Positions 49,011-57,442 of a stretch of DNA of 64,000 nt are shown here, in pieces; position 1 is the first letter of the stretch; the number at the start of each line of letters is the position of its first letter. The notes below the pieces were generated by a model. The model was not told the origin of the DNA. It did no database searches and saw only the letters and a list, made by a program, of their open reading frames with translations. The position numbers were made by a program, and so were the translations under genes. The DNA is from an uncultured Dehalococcoidaceae bacterium (GTDB taxonomy: Bacteria > Chloroflexota > Dehalococcoidia > Dehalococcoidales > RBG-16-60-22). Where the stretch lies: contig CAYFHI010000001.1 in NCBI GenBank assembly GCA_964342875.1, forward strand, positions 5,384-69,383. The letters run 5' to 3'.

Positions 49011-49525
49011 CGTCTAATGTGGAAAAACGGGTGGCTTTTGAAGCTATTTTACCATTAATGCCTGCCTATACCCCCATTTTGATATGGGAAATCTGGATTA
49101 AGATAGATTAGACAGTATGTTTAATTTTCTGGTCCGTCCAGTACAGTTCTTTTCAGTAAACCATGTTAAAACTGGGTAACATCCTCGTCGTAAATAGTGT
49201 TCTCAGCCCCCAGTAGGGATGATATTAGCGCTTCTCGGTAAATTTTTTCAACGTCCGGTAACAGGTCTTCCAAACTGAAATGATCAGGGGGAATAGTTGT
49301 ATTCTCGGTCTGTGCCCTTATCAGCAGGGCAGTCTGAACGCCCTATAGTAACAGTCTGCTAATAATTGTTCCGGGGTATTTTGACAGGTAATTATGAAGA
49401 CCGAGATAAAAACTATAAAGAGTCCATAAAGGTCTGTTTAAGGTTCTATAAAGAATTAGCCTTCGCAGGTAATTCTTGACATTGCGCTTTACGTATATCT
49501 AAAATAACGGGGATGAGAAACGCTG

Positions 49526-50194
49526 ATGATAGAACGTAATATTAGCCGGGTAGTTCCTGCTATTCTCACTGATGACCCTAAAACCCTGGAGACATTAGTT
49601 CGACAGTCAGAGACATTTACCGATTATGTGCAGATTGACATCATGGATGGCAGGTTTGTTCCTTCTTCCAGCATTACAGTGAAGCACCTGTCCGTCTTGG
49701 AGACAAAACTGAGCTGGGAAGCTCACCTGATGGTAAAGTCCCCCGAGGTTTACTTGGAAGATTTTAAAAAGGCGGGGGCTCAAAAAATTGTATTTCATTA
49801 TGAAGCAACGGATTCGCCGGGGGAAGTTGTTTCTTTGGTTAGGGATTTTGGACTGAATGTGGGGATAGCGGTTAATCCGGAGACTCCAATATCTGCCGTT
49901 TTACGCTTGGCGGATAAAATCGACAGCATACTTTTTCTGGCCGTTCATCCCGGTTTCTACGGGGCGAAATTCATACCTGAAGTCCTAGATAAGCTGATGG
50001 AATTTCGCCGTGTCAGGTCTGATGTAGAGATAGGTATTGACGGCGGAATAAAAGAAGGCAATATTGCTCGGATTGCGCAGTGTGGGGCTGATGTAATCTT
50101 TGTTGGCAGTGCTATCTATTTACAGCCGGAACCAGGTGAAAGTTTCCGTCATCTCCGGGTTCTGGCAGAGCAGGGATCATGGAACCGGGTCTAA
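49526..50194 (+). CDS. rpe: Ribulose-phosphate 3-epimerase family protein
   Basis: 222 aa. VQIDIMDGRFVP motif and TIM-barrel length. Confidence 0.82.
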   Translation: MIERNISRVVPAILTDDPKTLETLVRQSETFTDYVQIDIMDGRFVPSSSITVKHLSVLETKLSWEAHLMVKSPEVYLEDFKKAGAQKIVFHYEATDSPGEVVSLVRDFGLNVGIAVNPETPISAVLRLADKIDSILFLAVHPGFYGAKFIPEVLDKLMEFRRVRSDVEIGIDGGIKEGNIARIAQCGADVIFVGSAIYLQPEPGESFRHLRVLAEQGSWNRV

Positions 50195-50224
50195 CCGAAT
50201 CAGACTACTGAAAAAGTCCTCGGT

Positions 50225-50857
50225 TTATCTCCCTAAGCAGGTGGTCGGTGGGAACAATTCTGTCATATAAGTAGTTCCAAGAATAAGTGTCGATATCTGG
50301 TTTGCAACGCAGGCATACCTGATGGCCTCGATGGGTACAATCATGTCATCATGAAGAAGTCTAACTGGATTACCGCTAAGTGGATAGTATAAAGTGAAAG
50401 CATCACCGAGCATCTCTTTATACATCTCGTAATGTTTATACCAGGTGTTAATGAACTCGTATTTATAAAACGGTTTGCTTTTTGGTTCCTAAGGTCGGCA
50501 TAGCCGCTCCAAGACAGTCCGTATTGCTCACGCTGCTGATTAGCAAATAATTGTTGTAGTCTATCAATGTTTTGTTCTTGTAAGGCCTCACTAATTGGAC
50601 GCATATTTAGGTCTATGGATTTCTGCCAATGAAGCCCTACCTAGTATTCTGAGGGTGCGGTTTTTGTCCTCTTTAGCCTTAGTATATGCTGCGATAATAC
50701 GTTCTACCATTCTTCGAGGCAAAATGTTTTTCTCGTGGTCGGCAAATCCTATTTCTAGCCTAGGTATGGCTTTATAATTGCGATACTTCAGGAAGTATTC
50801 CGTCAAGACTTTAACAGTTTCGCGTACGCTATAACCTAGTATCAATCTTTCAAACAT
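50225..50857 (-). pseudogene. Frameshifted gene of unknown function (three serial ORFs in different frames)
   Basis: Track ORFs 50591-50857, 50341-50604 and 50225-50425 abut or overlap head-to-tail on one strand in three frames. That pattern is typical of a single disrupted gene. Confidence 0.4.
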
Positions 50858-51182
50858 CGTTCACTTGTCATTAAAATCTTCATCACCAGACATTTCTTCT
50901 ACGCCGGTAAAGACTGGGTCAAATGACCTAACGGACACGTACTAACTCCTTCGGCAATTGCGATACGACTGGGAAATACACAATTGGAGTTGTTGCAACC
51001 TTGTTGTCACATGAGGTGTCGTGAAGCTCATCCCAAGTGTAAATACTATAAAATACGACTTCGCCCATCTCAGTCACTGCCGCTTTCCCCTCCAATACTC
51101 GAGAATAGATGGCTGAGGAGAAGTGGTTCTGGTATGGTCCATTGCATCCCTTCCACGTGAGGCCGTTGTTAAAGTTGACTCG

Positions 51183-51494
51183 CTATTCGTCTTCACCACC
51201 CCACTTCTGCATTACCTCCTTCAGTTTCTGCGCCAGCCCCGGATTTGAGCGCAGTCGTTCAATGAAGACAGGACAACCTTCCAGTAATGAATTTTGCGCT
51301 GAAGTTGCCATGCTTGACAAAAGGTTCTGTAGGCTGATGTCATTTGGCTGAGGAATATTTATCCCTGGTGCCGCTGATTCCATCTGGCGGCGGATATCTT
51401 CAGCGGTAAATCTCATCGGTATTACACAGGATTTATACCAGGGGCATTCCTTGCACTGGACTATACCGTAGGCTTCATTAAGAATATCCCCCAT
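51183..51494 (-). CDS. Hypothetical 103-aa four-cysteine protein
   Basis: CKECPWYKSC...C pattern (C14, C17, C23, C74). Co-oriented downstream of ccdA-tlpA. Confidence 0.5.
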   Translation of the reverse strand: MGDILNEAYGIVQCKECPWYKSCVIPMRFTAEDIRRQMESAAPGINIPQPNDISLQNLLSSMATSAQNSLLEGCPVFIERLRSNPGLAQKLKEVMQKWGGEDE

Positions 51495-51559
51495 ATAAGC
51501 ACCTCTCTTTATAAAAATTTTTGGGAACTATATACTTATTTGACCTAATTTTTAATATA

Positions 51560-52084
51560 TTATTGTGCGAGCTTGGCGAGTCCCCGCTCTATTTCTATCA
51601 CGCTGGAAAAAGAACCGATTTTGATTTCTCGTATTATACCCGTATTATCGATGAAAAAAGTAGTGGGGATAGCTCGGATGTTATAAGCCGTGGCTACCGA
51701 CTGTTCAATGTCAAGCAGCACTGGGAACGTAAGCCCGTTTCCCTGCATAAATTTTTCAGCTGTGGAAGGCCCTTCACCAATATTAATCGTCAGAATTATG
51801 GCTGGTTGCGGTTGTCCTGTTTGTCTTTTATATACTGTCTGTATCAACTGCATTTCTTCCCGGCACGGACCGCACCAGCTTGCCCAGAAGTTAATAAATA
51901 CTGGTTGGCCATTTAATCCGCTAAGCGAAACAGCCTCATTATCGAGGTCATAAAGCGTCAAATCAGGTGCTATTTTCCCAACCTGCGGGCCTTGCGTATT
52001 GGATTCACCACATCCCGTTATAACTAGTATGGTAATTAACAGGACTAGGGTAGTCACTAATTGTATTTTACGTTTATTTTCCAT
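51560..52084 (-). CDS. TlpA/ResA-family thiol:disulfide oxidoreductase lipoprotein
   Basis: 174 aa. Lipobox VITGC and thioredoxin motif WASWCGPC. Confidence 0.86.
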   Translation of the reverse strand: MENKRKIQLVTTLVLLITILVITGCGESNTQGPQVGKIAPDLTLYDLDNEAVSLSGLNGQPVFINFWASWCGPCREEMQLIQTVYKRQTGQPQPAIILTINIGEGPSTAEKFMQGNGLTFPVLLDIEQSVATAYNIRAIPTTFFIDNTGIIREIKIGSFSSVIEIERGLAKLAQ

Positions 52085-52105
52085 AATTACCTCCGAAAAG
52101 TATGT

Positions 52106-52804
52106 TCACGAAGTAATTGATAAGAGCCAGGGCAGGCGGTTGGTTAGAACCAGTAAGCCAACAGCGATAAGCAAGAAACCGCTGATAATATGGAACAGGC
52201 CAGAATAACGGTGGATGCGTTTAAATATTGGCGCAACAGCATTAAAAGCAGCTCCGATAATCAGGAAAGGAAGCCCCAAACCCAGGGAGTATATAGCCAG
52301 CAGGTAAGCCCCCTGCCATATACTGGCAGAATTCATGGCGAGGGTCAGGATACCTCCCAGTATGGGGCCGACACAAGCTGTCCACGCCATCGAAAAGACG
52401 GCTCCGGTTAAAAAAGCTCGCAAATAGCCGGTTTTTTGACTCAAAGATGGGGTAAGGCGTTTTTCATAGTTGAGCCATGGTACTTTTAGAGCAACCAGTA
52501 AAAATACGCCGAAGGCAATCAAGAGGCTGCCCGCAATATTATTGAGCAACGCCTGGTTGGGATTAATGATGAAACTGGTAAGCCCAGCAATTACTCCTAG
52601 GGTAATAAAAATTATGGAAAAACCGACCACAAAGCTGAGGGAGCGTAAAAAAATGGAAATCCGGTTTTTGTTGAGTCCGGCGTTATTAATCTCAGGTCCG
52701 TAAAGGTTTGATAAATATACGGGCGCCATAGGAAGCACACACGGCGAGAGAAATGATAATAACCCGGCAACAAAGGCAACCGTTATTGAAATGTTTTCCG
52801 TCAT
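52106..52804 (-). CDS. ccdA: Cytochrome c biogenesis/thiol-disulfide transporter CcdA (DsbD transmembrane domain)
   Basis: 232 aa. Six TM helices with conserved Cys in LSPCVLP and WTACVGP. Confidence 0.87.
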   Translation of the reverse strand: MTENISITVAFVAGLLSFLSPCVLPMAPVYLSNLYGPEINNAGLNKNRISIFLRSLSFVVGFSIIFITLGVIAGLTSFIINPNQALLNNIAGSLLIAFGVFLLVALKVPWLNYEKRLTPSLSQKTGYLRAFLTGAVFSMAWTACVGPILGGILTLAMNSASIWQGAYLLAIYSLGLGLPFLIIGAAFNAVAPIFKRIHRYSGLFHIISGFLLIAVGLLVLTNRLPWLLSITS

Positions 52805-53126
52805 TTTACTCCTTAATCATCATTAGTTATTAAGTAGAGTCGGGATTGCTTTATTGAAATTGTCATTTTCTTACAGGGAACCTTGTGCAGATGGGATAAA
52901 CAAGGCAGCATACCCCTGTAATCATTGTATAACTTATTCAGCTTTTATTTCTACTCAGACAACATATTGGACGTATTGAGAGTTCGGAAAATAATTGACT
53001 ATAGACAATTCTCCGACTGCGTTCTATAATTTTAATTAAATACCCGTTTTAAGGTCGAAAGATAATTATTACAATGACAGGAGGAACCGGAGACTGCAAC
53101 GGGGATTTTAGCAAAAGGGGGGAAAG

Positions 53127-53414
53127 ATGCCTATCTATATTATGTTGACAAATTTAACTGACGAAGGAAGAAAAACAATAAAGTCAAATCCGCAGCGGAT
53201 TAAAGAGGTAAATAAAGAAGTAGAAGCAATGGGCGTGAAAATACTGGACCAGTATGCTCTTCTTGGCCAGTATGATTTTATTAACATTCTGGAAGCCGCC
53301 AATAACGAGGTCGTGTCCAGGATGGCGATAGAACTTGGTTCCCGGGGAACTCTTCAGACGACGACTCTGGCAGCAATGAAACTCGACGAGTTTGTAAACA
53401 GTCTGAAGAAGTGA
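53127..53414 (+). CDS. GYD domain-containing protein
   Basis: 95 aa. The LLGQYDFINILEA pattern contains the family GxYD core. Confidence 0.78.
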   Translation: MPIYIMLTNLTDEGRKTIKSNPQRIKEVNKEVEAMGVKILDQYALLGQYDFINILEAANNEVVSRMAIELGSRGTLQTTTLAAMKLDEFVNSLKK

Positions 53415-53498
53415 CCTTTTTTCTATTGATAGTTGGGTCGGTGCCCCCTGTTGCTATTGGTATGAACTATCAAACCGACAAACCGAGGGAGGAAAGCC

Positions 53499-54229
53499 AT
53501 TAAACCTCTGTGCTTTACCCAGATTTCGCTTTATCAGTCCTGTCCTCTATGCTATAAGCTACAATACATTGACGGACTTACGGCCGCGTAAAAATGGTAT
53601 TTTAGCTTTGGCATAACGCTGCACCGCTGCGTGGAGTATTTTTACAAGGTGAACGTGCCTCCACCGCCATCTTTAGATGATCTGTTGCAGTTTTATCGCA
53701 AGAATTGGATTTCTAGGGGATATCAATCAGCCGCCGAAAATAAAAAATATAAGGACTACGGGCAGGATATTCTGACTAGGTTCTGGGAAGCTCATAGCTC
53801 TGATTTTCGGTTGCCGTTAGCGGTAGAACGAGTGTTTTATATCGATATTGATGGGGTGAAGCTGAGGGGTTTTATGGACAGGGTAGATAAGCTTGAGAGC
53901 GGTGGTTTCTCGATAGTTGACTTTAAGACGAATCAGGGTCTTTTCACTAACGACGATCTGGAGAACGATCTTCAGCTGACGATATATCAAATGGCGGCAG
54001 AGCAAACCTGGCAGCTTCCGGTGGAGAGGTTGACGCTCTATGCAGCTGCCAGCCGAGGGATGCGGCCTAGCTTGGGCAGGTAAGACGGATGGTATTGGAA
54101 GTGGCGGAAAACATTGCCAGACAGAATTTCCCGGCGACTGAAAACCAGTATTGCCCCTGTGATTTCCCGGAGCGTTGTCCTTATTATCGCCAACAGTATA
54201 TGGAAACGGTGCCGGAATTAGCCCGGTAG
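53499..54229 (+). pseudogene. PD-(D/E)XK (Cas4/RecB-like) nuclease with an in-frame TAA and a frameshift
   Basis: N-terminus IKPLCFTQISLYQSCPLCYKLQYIDGLTAA[TAA 53589]KWYFSFGITLHRCVEYFY continues in the same frame into track ORF 53631-54083 (...GFMDRVDKL..IVDFKT..Q). The C-terminal Fe-S Cys cluster ...NFPATENQYCPCDFPERCPYY is in another frame. Confidence 0.6.
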
Positions 54230-54250
54230 GAGCTTCTTCCGGGATTCGTT

Positions 54251-54622
54251 GTGGCTGACGCTGTTGAAAGCTATGTTTCTCTTCAACAGGAAATTAAGGA
54301 GATTCAGCTTAAGCGAGATTTTGTTAAGAAGGCAATCATTGATTATTGCCAGAGCGAGGGATTAAACCGGGTCTATGGCAATATACATGCCATTACCTGC
54401 AAATTGATTGAGAGGACCGACTTCAGCGAGGAGGAGGTCAAAGCACTACTTGAACCGGAGGGTCTCTGGGACAAAGTGTTAAGTTTCGACCCGTCACGTC
54501 TCAAGTTGCTACTCGCTGACGGGGAAGTAGCTGAAGATATTAAAAACCGACTGGAAACTTTGAAACGGATTGTCCCTACTCATACCCAGCTATGGGTAAA
54601 AAAACTTGCCGAAGAAGAATAA
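54251..54622 (+). CDS. Hypothetical 123-aa protein
   Basis: GTG-start ORF directly downstream of, and in frame with, the nuclease stop (TAG at 54227). No recognisable motif. Confidence 0.4.
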   Translation: MADAVESYVSLQQEIKEIQLKRDFVKKAIIDYCQSEGLNRVYGNIHAITCKLIERTDFSEEEVKALLEPEGLWDKVLSFDPSRLKLLLADGEVAEDIKNRLETLKRIVPTHTQLWVKKLAEEE

Positions 54623-54694
54623 GCCGATGACATCTACACCAAAATATATATGCTCAAAGGCTTGTATTATTATCTAGATTAGCGTATGCTGAAA

Positions 54695-54835
54695 CCAATT
54701 GAATAGGTAACTGGGGTGCCCGAACGTAAGTGAGGGCCTAACTGGAAAGCAAGCCGGTGAGAGACCGGCGCGGCCGCGCCACTGTGATTGATGGGGATAC
54801 CATTAAAAGTCAGAACGCCAGCCCTTTAGTATCCT
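54695..54835 (+). promoter_or_regulatory. Cobalamin (B12) riboswitch aptamer upstream of cbiB
   Basis: Elements appear in the correct order: GGAAAGC..GCCGGTGAGAGACCGGC..GCCGCGCCACTGT core, then the B12-box-like AAAAGTCAGAACGCCAGCC. It sits 120 nt upstream of cbiB. Confidence 0.75.
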
Positions 54836-54882
54836 ACACGCTCCGCGGGGAGGGGTAGGAATTTTTGTTACGCAATTATTCC

Positions 54883-54908
54883 CCTCGCCGCCGGGTGAGG
54901 TTTTTTTT
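54883..54908 (+). terminator. Riboswitch expression-platform terminator
   Basis: Stem CCTCGCC/GGTGAGG (7 bp including one G-U) with tetraloop GCCG and T8. The upstream GAGGGG could pair alternatively with CCCCTC. Confidence 0.7.
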
Positions 54909-54952
54909 AATATCAAACCAGTAATATATCAGGGAGGCGCCGGTTAACATCT

Positions 54953-55885
54953 ATGGAGATAATATTGTTATTGACTTTAGCCATTGCCATTGATTTAGCC
55001 CTGGGCGAACCGGCACGCTTTATTCATCCCGTAGTCTGGATGGGTAAAGTCATGTCATTATTGGAAAAAGGTAATAAAGGTAAGTCGCCCATCATACAAT
55101 TTATTTACGGCTCGGGAATAGTCCTGTTTAACATCGGGCTCTTTGCCGTTCCTGTTTATTTGATACTTCTCTATCTAAAGAATCTCAACTTTATAGCTTA
55201 CATAGTTGCTGCTGCGGTGCTGCTGAAGCCTACTTTTTCTCTAAAGGAGTTGCGCCGGGCAGCGCTTAAAGTCAAGAGGTGTATCGTCGAGGATAAACTC
55301 GATGAAGCGCGCGTTGATCTCCGTTCTTTGGTCAGTCGCGATACTGCAAAATTACCAAAACCCTTACTTATTTCAGCCGTTGTGGAGTCGGTGGCGGAAA
55401 ACGCCGGTGACAGCTTTGTTGCTCCCCTTTTCTACTTTCTGCTGCTGGGGGTTCCCGGAGCCATCGCTTACCGGGTGGTTAATACGATGGATGCCATGAT
55501 TGGCTATCACGGAAAATACGAATTTCTGGGCAAGTTCGCCAGCAGACTGGACGATATACTCAATTTCGTACCGGCGAGGTTAACGGCGCTGCTGCTGGTG
55601 CTGGCTGCCTTTTTGCTGAGAAAGGATGGTCGAAATGCCTTGCAGGTTGCCTTTAAGGAGCATTCCAGAACGGAGAGCCCGAATGCCGGCTGGCCGATTG
55701 CCGCCGTTGCCGGTGCCCTTAATGTACAATTGGGGAAGGTGGGTCAGTACACACTGGGAACGATGACTACCGCTCTTATATCGGAGACCATCGCTGTTGC
55801 TTTGAACTTAATGCTGGTGGCAATGATAATCTGGGTGTTAATCTGCCTGCTGGCAGGAGGGACTCAAGTTGTCCTTAGAGCCTAA
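54953..55885 (+). CDS. cbiB: Adenosylcobinamide-phosphate synthase
   Basis: 310 aa membrane protein. Motifs HPVVWMG, N-terminal LGEP, and ESPNAGWP. Confidence 0.9.
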   Translation: MEIILLLTLAIAIDLALGEPARFIHPVVWMGKVMSLLEKGNKGKSPIIQFIYGSGIVLFNIGLFAVPVYLILLYLKNLNFIAYIVAAAVLLKPTFSLKELRRAALKVKRCIVEDKLDEARVDLRSLVSRDTAKLPKPLLISAVVESVAENAGDSFVAPLFYFLLLGVPGAIAYRVVNTMDAMIGYHGKYEFLGKFASRLDDILNFVPARLTALLLVLAAFLLRKDGRNALQVAFKEHSRTESPNAGWPIAAVAGALNVQLGKVGQYTLGTMTTALISETIAVALNLMLVAMIIWVLICLLAGGTQVVLRA

Positions 55886-56957
55886 AGACGAAATGAAAAA
55901 CCTGGAAGCCTGTCCTCACGGCGGTATCGATTACGCCGAGTTAAGAGCCATGGGTTCGACCCCTGATGATGTTCTCGATTTCAGTGTTTGCTTCAACCCG
56001 TTCATGCCCCCGCCGGGAGTAAACCGGGTTCTGCAAGATATCCTTATTAACCGGTACCCCGATTCCGAAGCGACCGAGTTGCGGCAGCATCTCTCGGCAA
56101 AATTGGGAGTGCCACCGGACAGTTTATTGGCGGGTAGCGGCAGTATAGAGTTAATTCGTATCATTGCTTTGACCTACTTCAGGAAGGGTGATTCCGTCCT
56201 GATAATCGAACCAACATTCGGCGAATATGAAACTAATTGTCGGCTTGTCGGAGCGCGGGTGGTAAAGCAGCGATTGAGGGAAGAAGATGGCTTTAAATTG
56301 GGGATGGAAGAAACACTCGACCTTATCCGGCAATACCACCCGCGTGGGGTTTTTATCTGCAATCCCAATAATCCCACAGGGCGCTATATTAACCGGCGGG
56401 AGATTGAGACAATACTAAATGCCATCGGGGGTAACCTGCTCATTCTCGACGAAGCCTATTTTGCCTTTACCGGGGAAAACTTGTCGGCTGTCGAATTAAT
56501 TTCAAAGGGCAACATCGTTGTTTTACGCTCTTTGACTAAGGACTATGGATTGGCGGGATTGCGCCTTGGCTATGCTGTTGCCCGTCCGGAGATTATCCAT
56601 AACCTGCGTCGTGTCTGCCCGCCTTGGAATGTCAATATCGTTGCTCAGAAAGTAGGTATAGCGGCGTTGGCGGATTTGGACTATCTAGAATGGACCCAGC
56701 AAAAAATAAGGGAGGTGAAGCAGTTTCTCATAGATGAACTGACACGGCTTGGATTACTGTTATTGCCATCGGACACCAATTATTTTCTGGTTAGAGTAGA
56801 TAATGCCACAGAGTTTCGTGTTGCTTTGCTTAAATATGGCATCCTAGTGCGGGACTGCACGTCTTTCGGGCTGCCGCAGTATATTAGAATCGCTCCTCTT
56901 GCTATGCCTGACTGCCAAAAACTTATTGACGCAGTCCGGGCAATAAAGAACATATGA
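55869..56957 (+). CDS. cobD: L-threonine-O-3-phosphate decarboxylase (HisC-like aminotransferase fold)
   Basis: 362 aa. PLP Lys context SLTKDYGLAGLRLGY. TTG start preceded by GGAGGG. Placed between cbiB and cobT. Confidence 0.82.
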   Translation: MSLEPKDEMKNLEACPHGGIDYAELRAMGSTPDDVLDFSVCFNPFMPPPGVNRVLQDILINRYPDSEATELRQHLSAKLGVPPDSLLAGSGSIELIRIIALTYFRKGDSVLIIEPTFGEYETNCRLVGARVVKQRLREEDGFKLGMEETLDLIRQYHPRGVFICNPNNPTGRYINRREIETILNAIGGNLLILDEAYFAFTGENLSAVELISKGNIVVLRSLTKDYGLAGLRLGYAVARPEIIHNLRRVCPPWNVNIVAQKVGIAALADLDYLEWTQQKIREVKQFLIDELTRLGLLLLPSDTNYFLVRVDNATEFRVALLKYGILVRDCTSFGLPQYIRIAPLAMPDCQKLIDAVRAIKNI

Positions 56958-57442
56958 GGATGTTAAATAACGGCATCTATGAGGAATTACAATCTGATAT
57001 GATACAATGTATTTATATAATTACAAACGCATTGCGGTGGTATAGTGATGGTAGCCAATAAAAAGGGTATCATCTAGGGCAACGGCGGGATACAGGAATT
57101 TATTTTCGGTCGACTTACCAGGGCAGCCTATGATGTGGCTGAGGCATCACACATAAGGACTGAAAGTATTACCCTTGCCTGGCGCCTCAGTGGTTGATAA
57201 ATGCCAGAATTACGATATTTGTATTATTAACTGTCCCGCCGAGGCTCTGGACAGACCGGAGACGGGCGTACCTTATAATAATTAATAAGTTCGCCTGTTG
57301 TGCTTTTTGAAGTGAGTCTGGAGGTTGTTCTGAGTCCATGCGATCTTGCCCGACGGGTATTTTAAAATCAGATAATGCAATAAAGAAACTGAAAGGTTTA
57401 AGTTTAATACAAACTGATAACAGTATAACGGAAAGGAGAAAC

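Noticed and set aside
19932-54229. Stop-codon reassignment as an explanation for the many in-frame TAA, TAG and TGA codons.
   Set aside because: All three codons also terminate clearly intact genes (recR ends in TAG, ybaB in TAA, tubulin-like paralog 1 in TGA). The interrupted genes also carry frameshifts. Only the Grx TGA sits at a position (catalytic Cys) and in a structural context consistent with recoding.
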